Shown piece by piece: positions 1 to 9,638 of a DNA stretch of 64,000 nucleotides. This DNA is from Candidatus Aenigmatarchaeota archaeon (GTDB taxonomy: Archaea; Aenigmatarchaeota; Aenigmatarchaeia; QMZP01; QMZT01), in contig JAPLVC010000001.1 of the NCBI GenBank assembly GCA_026397315.1, positions 64,001 to 128,000 of the forward strand. The letters run 5' to 3'. The translations under genes and the position numbers were made by a program. Below the pieces are notes generated by a model that was not told the DNA's origin, ran no database searches, and saw nothing but the letters and a program-made list of their open reading frames with translations. Position 1 is the stretch's first letter. The number at the start of each line of letters is the position of its first letter.

Positions 1-1014
1 CTGAAAGAGAGTAAGGTTGAAACGCAGGTTGATATGAGATTTAACCGTAATGTAGCAAAAAGGGGTGGAAAATTAGAGCAGGGCACCATGAACACATACA
101 CGCAAAAGGTCAAAAGATTTTTCCGCTACCTCCACAATACCGGAAGAGACACCCCAAAAGTCATACGAGACGCAGACCTCAAGCAGAAACAGGTGGCATT
201 CAAGCTAACCAGTGCAGACCTGCCCACCGAACAGGAAATACTGAATATGATAAATGCGACCGAAAGTCCACTCTATAAGGCGCTTTTGGCGGTCATGTAT
301 GACACTGGTATGCGAATAGGGGACATACTTGACCTTAAGTTTAAAGACCTAATGGTGACCGAAAACGAGGTAAGGCTTCGATTTTACATAAGAAAGACGA
401 AACAACACCTGCTTTACAGTCTTGGCAGTTCGGTAGGCTTTCTTATGAACTGGCACAACCTGCACCCCACCAAAGACCCAGAAAGCCCTCTTTTCTGCAC
501 AACAGCGACAAACTGCCGTGGTAAGAGGATGTCGCACACAAACGCATACAACATGGTCAAAATGCTCGCAGAAAAGGCTAATATACACAAGAAAGTGTCC
601 TGCCATACCTTCCGGCATTGTGCGACTGCGAGAGATAAGCCGCATTATAGCGATGAAGAGCTTCGCGTACTTCGTGGATGGACGAGGAATAGCACTATGC
701 CTTTGAGATATGCGCCAGTCTCAAATGATGCCGTATTTCGAAAGAAACAGATTTTAGAGGGCAAGATTAAGGATGAATTGCAACCAAAAATCATAGAAGC
801 CCGTAGCTGTCCGAGGTGCAAGAACACTGTCACGCCTGATTCCGCTTACTGTTGCGTGTGTGGTCAACTGCTATCGAAAAAGGTTATCGGTCTCAAGGAC
901 ATGCTCGAAAACCCTCTCATTTATGAGACCATGAAATCCGAAATCGAAAGGCGGGAAGATTTGAGGCAAAAATACCAGCAACAACTCAATGAGCGGGTCA
1001 TGGCTTTTTCATGA
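1..1014 (+). CDS. Tyrosine recombinase/integrase with C-terminal Zn ribbon (possibly 5'-truncated by the window edge)
   Basis: Frame is open from base 1; catalytic motifs TGMRIGD (R), HTFRH (HxxR) and GWTRNSTMPLRY (W..Y); C-terminal CPRC...CCVCG. Confidence 0.92.
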   Translation: MKESKVETQVDMRFNRNVAKRGGKLEQGTMNTYTQKVKRFFRYLHNTGRDTPKVIRDADLKQKQVAFKLTSADLPTEQEILNMINATESPLYKALLAVMYDTGMRIGDILDLKFKDLMVTENEVRLRFYIRKTKQHLLYSLGSSVGFLMNWHNLHPTKDPESPLFCTTATNCRGKRMSHTNAYNMVKMLAEKANIHKKVSCHTFRHCATARDKPHYSDEELRVLRGWTRNSTMPLRYAPVSNDAVFRKKQILEGKIKDELQPKIIEARSCPRCKNTVTPDSAYCCVCGQLLSKKVIGLKDMLENPLIYETMKSEIERREDLRQKYQQQLNERVMAFS

Positions 1015-2059
1015 CCTCACTTCTTTTTTCTCTTTCAAACTTTGTCATCGTAACCTCAATCTTTCTATCTTCCTTTTTCAACTCATCGAAAAGTTTTTCC
1101 ATTTCTTTCATTTTAGAGTGAAAGTTAACAATGTCTTCTTTCTCATTCAACAACCCATTACACTCTTCAAAAAGCTTCAGACCTCTTTTGCCTATATCTT
1201 CAATATTGGAAAAATATTTTCCCTGCAGGTCAATTATTTTTTGAAAATATTCCTTTTTTTGTTCAAACAACATTTTTTCCATTATATTAATGAATTCCAA
1301 TGTTCTGTATCTCTCATTGATTTTTTTCTGTTTTTCGTTAATTTTATCAATTATTAATCTCCGTATCCTTTCTGGTACATCATATTCGCTTAACCTTTCT
1401 ATTTCTTCCCTCGTTCTATTACCAACAACGATGAGTTTGCCAAAATTTTCAGGTTCTGGGAACAAAACAGATAGCAATGCAAGTCTTATATCCTCTTGCT
1501 CATTTGTTGTGATATTTCTTTTAACGTAACTTTCTACTTCTCCCCGAACATTATTATAACCCATTGTCTTGAGGATTGTTTGTATTTTTAGTGGGTCAGG
1601 TTCTATCCCTAAAATCTGAGAGAATATGTTACAAAATCCAAAATTTTCTTCTTGATCTAAATTCATCACTTTAAAACCTCTACAATACAAACCATTGACT
1701 TTAGCATATTCAAGATAACATTCTATTATGAAATTGACATCCGCTTGATATTTTTCGGGAATTTCAACTGCTCCCCCTCGTGTTAATTTTTTCTTCACAA
1801 GATTTTTTAACATTAGTCTTTTCAAATAGCCGCTTGCATCTTTAGCATCTGTCTTTTTTAAGAGTTTTTTAAAATCATCACATCTTACGACTCTTTTTTC
1901 CAATATATAGAGAAGAATTGCATTTGTTTTTGTATATTTCTTCAACTCATCAATTATTTTTGTTGAATAGTTTTTAGAGTGCATTTTTGTAATATGTATC
2001 TTTCTATTCCTCTCGCTTTCAAACTCATCTCCGCATTCTTCGCATCTCATAAAAAACAT
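998..2059 (-). CDS. C2H2 Zn-finger / wHTH / coiled-coil protein of unknown function
   Basis: CEECGDEFESERNRKIHITKMH C2H2 motif, a wHTH-like segment (ASGYLKRLMLKNLVKKK) and a long E/K-rich C-terminal coiled coil; 3' end overlaps the integrase 3' end. Confidence 0.7.
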   Translation of the reverse strand: MFFMRCEECGDEFESERNRKIHITKMHSKNYSTKIIDELKKYTKTNAILLYILEKRVVRCDDFKKLLKKTDAKDASGYLKRLMLKNLVKKKLTRGGAVEIPEKYQADVNFIIECYLEYAKVNGLYCRGFKVMNLDQEENFGFCNIFSQILGIEPDPLKIQTILKTMGYNNVRGEVESYVKRNITTNEQEDIRLALLSVLFPEPENFGKLIVVGNRTREEIERLSEYDVPERIRRLIIDKINEKQKKINERYRTLEFINIMEKMLFEQKKEYFQKIIDLQGKYFSNIEDIGKRGLKLFEECNGLLNEKEDIVNFHSKMKEMEKLFDELKKEDRKIEVTMTKFEREKRSEVMKKP

Positions 2060-2128
2060 TCCTTTTTTTCATGTTTTACTTTACGCAATATATACCTTTA
2101 AAAAAACGTTTTTTTTGGGTGGCGTAAC

Positions 2129-2281
2129 GTGGACAAACAAAAACTTATCAAGCGACTTCGACAAAGTGCAGACCCGGATGACGCTTTACTATCAAAATTA
2201 TTAGAGGATAACGTACTCGAAATGCCTAAAGTCGAAGAAAAGAAAGTGGCGGAGGGCAAGGAGGTTCGTCATGAATCCTGA
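2129..2281 (+). CDS. Small hypothetical protein (50 aa, not in the ORF track)
   Basis: GTG start, MDKQKLIKRLRQSADPDDALLSKLLEDNVLEMPKVEEKKVAEGKEVRHES; overlaps the start of the next gene. Confidence 0.45.
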   Translation: MDKQKLIKRLRQSADPDDALLSKLLEDNVLEMPKVEEKKVAEGKEVRHES

Positions 2282-2561
2282 CCTCGCCCCTAAAAAGCAG
2301 TTAACGGTGGCTAATTTAATAGGTTTAGCCTTTCTGGACAAGATTTCAGACGGACAAATACACGGTGTCAAGGAAATTCGCTTAACGTCTAATTGTTTCT
2401 TTAGGGGATTCACGCTGTCAAAAAAACAGGTTAATCATGTCTTGCTTGGTCTCGAAAGAGGCGGCTACATCGAAATTAGACGGCGTGGGTTCGGCATAGA
2501 TGGGATAAAAATCACCGATTATGGTCTCGCATTTATTAAAGAAAGTGGAGGTTGTTTATGA
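2271..2561 (+). CDS. Small winged-helix DNA-binding protein
   Basis: SD GGAGG; LSKKQVNHVLLGLERGGYIEIRRRG...IKITDYG wHTH pattern. Confidence 0.7.
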   Translation: MNPDLAPKKQLTVANLIGLAFLDKISDGQIHGVKEIRLTSNCFFRGFTLSKKQVNHVLLGLERGGYIEIRRRGFGIDGIKITDYGLAFIKESGGCL

Positions 2562-3040
2562 CTGAAAATAATAAGGTACTGGAAAAGCTCGATACTCTGA
2601 TTGAAGGGCAAAATCGAATAGTGGAGATGCTCCACAAAAAGGGGTATAGTTCCGAACTTGATATCAAAAAACTTATCGAAATGGTGAAGATGAGAAAAAC
2701 AATTAACAGGGAAACTGTTTGTAGAGAGTTTCAGATTTCTTCGCCAACTGCATTAAAACTCATGAAAAGAATCGATAAGGTCGAAGGAATTAGGTACGGT
2801 ATTGGCATCGGTCGTGTTCAATCTTTTCTGATGTGTGTTGAGCCAAATTCCGTCACCGATAAGGCGTTCGACATCGTTAATGATGTGCCCAAAAAAAGTT
2901 CCATGACCATTGACGAAGCAATGAAAAAATTCAAAATTAATGGCGATGATGAATTTTGGGCAGTGATTCGAAAAATACGTGACTTATTTTCCAATGTAAT
3001 TTTCACGCAAAACGGGAAGCTTGTGAGGTCAGGATTATGA
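2558..3040 (+). CDS. Tandem wHTH-like protein
   Basis: ATGA overlap with the upstream gene, SD GGAGG; RETVCREFQISSPTALKLMKRI HTH-like segment. Confidence 0.65.
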   Translation: MTENNKVLEKLDTLIEGQNRIVEMLHKKGYSSELDIKKLIEMVKMRKTINRETVCREFQISSPTALKLMKRIDKVEGIRYGIGIGRVQSFLMCVEPNSVTDKAFDIVNDVPKKSSMTIDEAMKKFKINGDDEFWAVIRKIRDLFSNVIFTQNGKLVRSGL

Positions 3041-3252
3041 CGTCATTAATTGATATAATAAGCGTTAAGGTATTAGGCGGTGGTTTAAATGGGAAAGTAC
3101 CTATAGTTCGTTTAGCGCTTACCTTAACGAATATTGTAATTATTATAAGAAACATAAAAGTAAGTACTATAGAAAAAAACTTCCTTCTTCTTCAAAATAC
3201 CATTACTACTACGTTAACGCCTCTTGTAGCCATTATGAGGGTGTTTGAATGA
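3037..3252 (+). CDS. Hypothetical protein (doubtful; overlaps an inverted-repeat region)
   Basis: ATGA overlaps at both ends suggest translational coupling, but the composition is odd and no motif is recognisable. Confidence 0.3.
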   Translation: MTSLIDIISVKVLGGGLNGKVPIVRLALTLTNIVIIIRNIKVSTIEKNFLLLQNTITTTLTPLVAIMRVFE

Positions 3253-3524
3253 AACGAGGAAGAAAGACAAACGAAGAAGCGAGAAAATGCATAAAAGAGC
3301 TCTTAAATAATTCTCTAAAAGGAGTGGTCACACGCGAAGACCTGTGGCGAAAGTTTAAACATGATTACGGCAATGTATGCTCAAAAAGCCTATTCTTCTC
3401 GATTTTAGATGACTTTGAAAGAAAGGGCTGGATTAAGCGAGAAGTTATTTACAAGTTCTCAAAAATAGCGGCGTACAAAGTGCTTAAAATTATCGTAGAC
3501 GCGGTCATAGCAAATGTAAAGTAA
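3249..3524 (+). CDS. Small winged-helix protein
   Basis: VTREDLWRKF...CSKSLFFSILDDFERKGWIKRE wHTH pattern. Confidence 0.65.
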   Translation: MKRGRKTNEEARKCIKELLNNSLKGVVTREDLWRKFKHDYGNVCSKSLFFSILDDFERKGWIKREVIYKFSKIAAYKVLKIIVDAVIANVK

Positions 3525-3602
3525 GTAGGAAATAAAACTGAGACTGTCCTATTAGAAAAACATTTTCGATATGCGTTTATAGCCTAAATACAACATTATG
3601 AC

Positions 3603-4280
3603 ATGATTGAAATAGACACTGCGATTTTACAATTACTCTTTACAGCAGTTGGTGGTTTCATAGGATTTTGTGGAGCCTATTTCATATTCAGACGTCAGGA
3701 AAAAGTCAAAATACAGCTAATGCACTTCGAGAGAATAAAGTTAGAAGTCTTGGAGCCTTGGTTGGATTTCTTGTTACAGGAGGATGTAATGGAGAATTGG
3801 GAAGATGGACAATGGACGGAAGCAATGAATGAGTATGAATCCATGAACAAACAACTATTAAATGACGTTCTGATAAATCATTTTCCTAAACTAAAAATTC
3901 TTAAGAGGTCTTTTGAGAAGGAAAAAAGAATAATGAAAGTGAAGATAAAACAATTGGAGGAAATTTATAAAGGTCGATTTCCAGAACTTGAAACAGTTGT
4001 CGGTAAATCTATAATGAATTTTTTCATAAATGAATCGGATTTGTATAAATTGCATTTGGAAACTACAAATTTGTCTTTCGGTGTAAAGGTTATTGCTCAT
4101 GGAGAAGAAAGGCTATTGAGCAAACTCAAGACTGAGTTAGAAAAAGATTACGGTGGTAAATTAGGAAAGGAAACAAGAAAGATTAACCATAACATAATCA
4201 AAAAATCGAGTTTGATACATACCGAAATAGAGAAGGCTTTGGCAATAGAAAAACTGCCGGGAAAATGTAATCTTATCTGA
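3603..4280 (+). CDS. Hypothetical protein with N-terminal transmembrane anchor
   Basis: Hydrophobic ILQLLFTAVGGFIGFCGAYFIF followed by a helical soluble domain. Confidence 0.7.
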   Translation: MIEIDTAILQLLFTAVGGFIGFCGAYFIFRRQEKVKIQLMHFERIKLEVLEPWLDFLLQEDVMENWEDGQWTEAMNEYESMNKQLLNDVLINHFPKLKILKRSFEKEKRIMKVKIKQLEEIYKGRFPELETVVGKSIMNFFINESDLYKLHLETTNLSFGVKVIAHGEERLLSKLKTELEKDYGGKLGKETRKINHNIIKKSSLIHTEIEKALAIEKLPGKCNLI

Positions 4281-4327
4281 AATTCAAGTCAAATGAAATT
4301 TTTAACTCTCTTCGACAACCTTCCATT

Positions 4328-5362
4328 ATGAAGAGAAAACGGCTTCCCACATTAGTAGCAATGATTTTAACAATCCTGTTTATTTTCGTATTAAACCCGA
4401 GTGTTACATGGATAGCTTATGTGAACTATCCGTTATGCGATATGCGTTTGCATGATTTAGCATCAGAAATAACCAAAAACTCTACGAATGATACACAAGT
4501 TGTTTATGATATAGCATGGTGGGTTTCTAACAACGTAAACTGGAGCGCACAATTCTACTGTCAAAGGTTTCTGTCGGATTGCGAAACTGTATACAAACAG
4601 TGCGGTTCTTGCGGCGGCAAGGCAGACCTCGTAAGAAGCCTCCTCTACACGCTAGGATTTAACGAGGCGACGAAGGGCGGAACCCAAGGTGAAGACCATG
4701 AATGGAACGAAGTCTTTGTAGATGGCAGCTGGATTGCTCTAGATGCATCGGGGGACAGGTATGTTCTCTGGAACTTCTCGAAGAGGGAGCTGGAAGAGAT
4801 AAAGGGAGGAGGCAACGGCTCGTTAAGGCGGTATTCCATAATCAAGAAGTACTACCCTAACGGCACTGTGGTCGATGTCACGAACGAGTACACCGATACG
4901 GGTCATGTCGTTTTAATGGTCTTGGACGAGTATGGAAAGCCAATCGATTCCGCCACAGCGACTGCGAAGAGCCACTCGCTCATGGAAAGCGACCCAACCT
5001 TCACCGCCCCGAAGGACTCGGAACATTGCATTACGAACTCTAGCGGCATCTGCGAATTGAACTTAGGTGGTAACAACTACACATTCGCTGTCTCAAAATA
5101 TTTATTCGTCTACATGAACGAGACGGAGAGTCTTGTAAGCGAGAACTCCAACCTTGAAATAACCATAACATCAAAAATAGACCCAGAAAAGGCGGTTTTA
5201 CTGTTTGTCATAATTGCAGTAACGTCGGTTACAATTCTGTATATCTTTATCAGGTTTTATGTCCCCATGATGCGTAATTGTGTAGTTCGAAAAATTCAAA
5301 ATATATCTCATTCAAGAATTTTAATACAAGAAAGGAAAACAATTATGCTGTCTGAGAGCTGA
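4328..5362 (+). CDS. Membrane-anchored transglutaminase-like (papain-fold) protein with an Ig/carboxypeptidase-regulatory-like domain
   Basis: Cys-His-Asp triad GSCGGKA / DHEWNEV / WIALDAS; N- and C-terminal TM helices; VLDEYGKPIDSAT...TNSSG beta-sandwich motif. Confidence 0.8.
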   Translation: MKRKRLPTLVAMILTILFIFVLNPSVTWIAYVNYPLCDMRLHDLASEITKNSTNDTQVVYDIAWWVSNNVNWSAQFYCQRFLSDCETVYKQCGSCGGKADLVRSLLYTLGFNEATKGGTQGEDHEWNEVFVDGSWIALDASGDRYVLWNFSKRELEEIKGGGNGSLRRYSIIKKYYPNGTVVDVTNEYTDTGHVVLMVLDEYGKPIDSATATAKSHSLMESDPTFTAPKDSEHCITNSSGICELNLGGNNYTFAVSKYLFVYMNETESLVSENSNLEITITSKIDPEKAVLLFVIIAVTSVTILYIFIRFYVPMMRNCVVRKIQNISHSRILIQERKTIMLSES

Positions 5363-5964
5363 TGATGATGTCAAAGAAATTCAACGCTGTGGAAATAAGT
5401 TCAGATTTTAGAAAACAAATCGATGGAGAGATATCTTGGATAGAAAAATCCTGTAACGACTATAAATATTTCAGACAATTTATTATAATCTCGTACATAG
5501 ATATTGATTTGTTTGTCGAAAAAACTCTAATAATTTTTTTTAACTGGTTACAAGAAAATGTTAGATATGCGAAAGCAGGGAGTAAAGAAGAATCGTTATT
5601 ATTTAAAGTGAGTAATTTTCATCTCGGAGGTCTTTTTCTGGATGCAATAAATGGAAAAAAACTGCACAGTAAGATGGAAATTTTGGAAAAATATTTAAGC
5701 AAAGAAAGTAAAACTGATTTCAAAAATTTCCGAAAAAATGTCAATATCATCAGGGATTTGAGAAACCAAGCTGCCCACGGACTTGTTACTGAAGATATGA
5801 TTAAATTCAAAGGGGAAAACGTAAGGATGAATATGGAAGTTTTCGAGGAGATAAAAAGCCTCGTTATAGGTACGATAAAATTACTTGAAGATATAGAAAT
5901 AGACCCGTATATGGACAATAAAAATTTTATGAAGAAACTTTTTCAGATTAAAACAAGTATGTAG
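5362..5964 (+). CDS. HEPN-like domain protein (putative RNase)
   Basis: All-alpha protein with an RxxxxH motif (LRNQAAHG). Confidence 0.65.
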   Translation: MMMSKKFNAVEISSDFRKQIDGEISWIEKSCNDYKYFRQFIIISYIDIDLFVEKTLIIFFNWLQENVRYAKAGSKEESLLFKVSNFHLGGLFLDAINGKKLHSKMEILEKYLSKESKTDFKNFRKNVNIIRDLRNQAAHGLVTEDMIKFKGENVRMNMEVFEEIKSLVIGTIKLLEDIEIDPYMDNKNFMKKLFQIKTSM

Positions 5965-5990
5965 AAATCATTTTATGTTTCATATGATGA

Positions 5991-6290
5991 TTATTTCATA
6001 ACTTTGTACCCACACCTTTCCAGCAACTTCTTCGCGTTCTCTATCTCGTTGTTCTTCGGCTCAAAAATCTCTCTCAGAATTTCCAGCACGTGGTCGTTTC
6101 TAAATTCTTTATCGTTCTTGATGGACTCATAATAACTTTTTAATGCCCTGATTTCAGACTGTCTCGCCTCTTTCATTGCATTTTGAAAATCGGCATCATT
6201 TTTGAACTTCTCCCCCATTTCTTTTTCCATGTAGCGCAGTCCAAACATTCTCAATATGCTATCGAAAATCTCGGATTTTATTTGGTTCAT
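5991..6290 (-). CDS. Hypothetical protein
   Basis: 99-aa helical ORF co-oriented with and downstream of the RM genes. Confidence 0.55.
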   Translation of the reverse strand: MNQIKSEIFDSILRMFGLRYMEKEMGEKFKNDADFQNAMKEARQSEIRALKSYYESIKNDKEFRNDHVLEILREIFEPKNNEIENAKKLLERCGYKVMK

Positions 6291-6316
6291 TTTTCTTTCT
6301 CATATCGCATAAATTT

Positions 6317-8086
6317 TTAGTTGAAAATTCTCATTTCTGGTTTCTTGTGCTTTGGATTTTTCATGGTTTCTATCAACTTTTCTCTTAATGCCGGTTTGTA
6401 AGCACAATTGATTAAATAATTTTTTGTAACGAATAGAACACTAACCGCATCGGACATGATATCGGAAATAATCTTTTTGGATTTTCCATCAAGATTACCC
6501 TCATAAACTATTGTTATAGAATCTGATTTAACTTCATCAATGTAGGTCTGATATATGATAAATTCTTTGGGTATACTCTTGACATTGGTTAAGGGGTATC
6601 GCCATTCTCCTATACTCTTACATTCAACCAATGATTCTATGCCGTTCTTTATCAGCATGTCCGGATTATTTTCAAAGAAACGAGCGATGTATGATTTATG
6701 GCATCTATCTGCAAGCTGACCCTGATACTTAATCGCATTGAGTTTAAGAAGCCGAAGCAATATTGCAACTTCTTTCTCAAAATCGCTTCTGTATTGATTT
6801 AGAATTCCTGTTGAAGGTATAATCTTTTCAACCCTTTCCAAAACTGGGTCTTCTATTATCCTCGTGTTTTCAGAGAATTTGTTTACAATCCCGATTTTGA
6901 GTTTGTTATGTTCAGTTTCAAGCATAGATTTAAGCGTACTTATGGAATAAATTTCTGTCATCTTGATTACGTCACTAATACTCTTCGAATATAATTTTGA
7001 TAGTCGCTTAAGAATGCTAAATATTTCATCTTTATTTTCAGGAGGTACATCATATTCCAAAGTGAAATCTATTTCTGTATGAAGCGCTGAAAATCCTCTC
7101 TCAAACTTAATGTTATTTTCTTTAGTAAGAGCATGAAGGATATCTCTGACCTTCATTCTCACCAGACCGAACGCTATCTCTGAATCTAAAAATTTCGAGT
7201 TTATGTCGAGTTTAATATGCTTAAGAAAATCACAAAATATCAACAACGAAGCCTTCAAACTTTCGTGTTTTTTTAGGTCTATGAACCACAAAGGCGTCTT
7301 TTTTCTGTATATTTCAAGTATCTTCAAACCTCGGTCAGTTAAGGTGTACCATCTTCCTCTAACGCCCTCTATATCACTTGACGCAATAAGACCGAGGGAT
7401 TCGCACCAATCAAGGAGCGGTCTCATATTTCTACTCATATTAATTCGGTTTCTTTTGCTTATGGAAAAATCACTATAGAATTTTTCAATGGTAACCTTGT
7501 TCTTCTCTTTATATGCAGATACAGAACGCAATAATCTTTTTTCTGTCGAGCCCATGAGAACTGGGTCAGATTTTTTTGTCCCGCATTCTAAAGCAATTTG
7601 ATGTTCATGCAAACCAGCAACACTATTCAATAAACTAAGGATATACAAACACGGTCTTGAACGAATATCCAAATATTGACCACCAGATTGAATATCAAAT
7701 ACGTTGGTAATTTTCATTCGCATTAGTTTGTCGATAAATACAGATTCCTCGTTCTCATCATTTGGACATTCTTGGTCAAAGGTATACTTAGATAGCATCT
7801 TACCCGATTCTGTGCAAAAGTAGCGGAAAGGTCTGCCCTTTCTACTAATCAACCCCATATAAGAGGCTGTGAGCAAATGGTCCCTTGCCCTGCGCATTAT
7901 CCTATCTTTCATTTTTTCTTTTCTAAATTTGCTCAACTTTGATTCTGCGAGAACCTTTGCTATCTCCTTATCATTTGGGTATTTGCTTTTTTCATTCTCT
8001 TGGTAAACCGCATTAGATATTGTCCTAATCCTGAATATGTTATGGACTCTCGTAATTGGTTTCATGTATTCCTGTTTGCCAATCAT
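6317..8086 (-). CDS. Putative restriction endonuclease with FokI/AlwI-like (Type IIS-like) architecture
   Basis: Two wHTH-like regions (RARDHLLTASYMGLI..TESG; LLDWCESLGLI..YTLTDRG) and a C-terminal PD-(D/E)xK domain (FEKEV...NPDMLI...VECKS); starts 1 nt after the MTase stop. Confidence 0.75.
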   Translation of the reverse strand: MIGKQEYMKPITRVHNIFRIRTISNAVYQENEKSKYPNDKEIAKVLAESKLSKFRKEKMKDRIMRRARDHLLTASYMGLISRKGRPFRYFCTESGKMLSKYTFDQECPNDENEESVFIDKLMRMKITNVFDIQSGGQYLDIRSRPCLYILSLLNSVAGLHEHQIALECGTKKSDPVLMGSTEKRLLRSVSAYKEKNKVTIEKFYSDFSISKRNRINMSRNMRPLLDWCESLGLIASSDIEGVRGRWYTLTDRGLKILEIYRKKTPLWFIDLKKHESLKASLLIFCDFLKHIKLDINSKFLDSEIAFGLVRMKVRDILHALTKENNIKFERGFSALHTEIDFTLEYDVPPENKDEIFSILKRLSKLYSKSISDVIKMTEIYSISTLKSMLETEHNKLKIGIVNKFSENTRIIEDPVLERVEKIIPSTGILNQYRSDFEKEVAILLRLLKLNAIKYQGQLADRCHKSYIARFFENNPDMLIKNGIESLVECKSIGEWRYPLTNVKSIPKEFIIYQTYIDEVKSDSITIVYEGNLDGKSKKIISDIMSDAVSVLFVTKNYLINCAYKPALREKLIETMKNPKHKKPEMRIFN

Positions 8087-8087
8087 A

Positions 8088-9365
8088 TCACACCTTCTGA
8101 AATATTACAATGCTTTCTCTCGAAATTGTCTCTCCAGTTGGAGTCTTCCAAGGTATCATTTTCATAGGTATTTTTCGGAAGAAACTATTAACATGTCTGA
8201 ACCCTGCCGCATTACCAAGCTCAACCGTGACCTTTTCCATGTCTAAAGATCTTTTTCTTATCATTCTGTCACCGACAACAACGCAGTAGTATGCTCCATC
8301 TTTAACTATTCGATAAACTTCCTCAAAAGTTTTCAGATAGTCAAAAAAGAAAGGTAAAGCATCTATCACTCTTTCTTCATCCGTTTTGGCAAGTTCATAT
8401 AATACATTTATTGTTGTTTTTGATGGTAACTCTTTTAGTCTGCCTACGACATCTTTATTGACCATTGAACCCAAAGCGTTCTTTTCGGCTTTATTCATCG
8501 AACCATGATTCATTTTTAGCCAAGCAACAGAAAGTTTTGACCATCTTGCGTAGCCTATGGTATTTTTCTCCTCTCCATATGGAGGTGAAGTTATAGAACA
8601 ATCGAATTCATTGTCCTTGAATGGGAGTTTTCTTGCATCATTTTTTGTGATTCTGACTGTGGGTATTCTTTTTAATCCAAGTTTTTCTATTTCTCTTACG
8701 AACTCGTTCATCATTTTCAGAGAGTCAAATGTGTTTTTGCTGAAAACCGCAAAAGTATTGGGTTTGAATTTTGACAATTCATCCGGCTGTAATATTCTAA
8801 TGAATCTGCTGGAACGATGGTCTATGTTCGACACATCGAACACTGTTTTTGAGAAAACTACCTTGAGAAAATCTTTTATATCATCATTTTTTACTTTGTT
8901 TATCTCATTCAAAATAAAATCCAACCGACAGGCAACGTCTTCCCTAAACCAATGTAGAAGATTGGGCAATATATCCTTCGGTGGTTCGATAAGTTTATTG
9001 GTTTTAAACCCGTCGTTAATGCCAGAAAGAAAATCTGTCATATTAAAATTTAACTTCCTGAATTCGATGGGTGTTGATTTTACTTTTGTGAGTAAAACAG
9101 CAAGAGGATTTATGTCATTACCAACCGAGTTTCTCCTCAGAAGCAAAGATTCGACAAGTACCGTACCACTACCACAAAAAGGGTCGAGAATAGTATCGTC
9201 TTCCTTAGAATAGACTTTAATCAATCTATTTGCTATTTGTGGTATCATCCTGGCTGGATACTTATGTATTCCATGAGTAAGATAACTCGTATCAGCTCCA
9301 GCAAAATCCCAATCTTCTATCTTTTTCCCACTCAATGTAGTTTGTGCGGTTTTCCTATTCTTCAT
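8088..9365 (-). CDS. Amino-DNA methyltransferase, alpha group, probably N4-cytosine
   Basis: THGIHKYPARMIP; motif I DPFCGSGT precedes motif IV TSPPY. Confidence 0.92.
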   Translation of the reverse strand: MKNRKTAQTTLSGKKIEDWDFAGADTSYLTHGIHKYPARMIPQIANRLIKVYSKEDDTILDPFCGSGTVLVESLLLRRNSVGNDINPLAVLLTKVKSTPIEFRKLNFNMTDFLSGINDGFKTNKLIEPPKDILPNLLHWFREDVACRLDFILNEINKVKNDDIKDFLKVVFSKTVFDVSNIDHRSSRFIRILQPDELSKFKPNTFAVFSKNTFDSLKMMNEFVREIEKLGLKRIPTVRITKNDARKLPFKDNEFDCSITSPPYGEEKNTIGYARWSKLSVAWLKMNHGSMNKAEKNALGSMVNKDVVGRLKELPSKTTINVLYELAKTDEERVIDALPFFFDYLKTFEEVYRIVKDGAYYCVVVGDRMIRKRSLDMEKVTVELGNAAGFRHVNSFFRKIPMKMIPWKTPTGETISRESIVIFQKV

Positions 9366-9638
9366 GAAATATTGTTATGTTAATTGCTTAAAAACCAAAT
9401 TTTACAGTACATGAATAACAATAAAATATTTGATTTTCAAATTTGACATTTTTCTTTTATACAAAAATGTTTAAACATATCTTTTTATAACGTACAGATA
9501 ACCCTAAAATATGCACGCAAGCTCTGAACTCAATGTGGACAAAAGTATTGTAGATTCTATAGCTGAAATCACAAAGAGAGTTATCAGAGAAGATTCTCTG
9601 GAAATAAGAACTTTACCTAAAAACAAAGGGATAGTGAA

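Noticed and set aside
9467-9478. ATGTTTAAACAT palindrome as a C-protein box or operator for the RM system
   Set aside because: The core is TTTAAA, readily explained as a bidirectional archaeal TATA box; no controller gene is adjacent.
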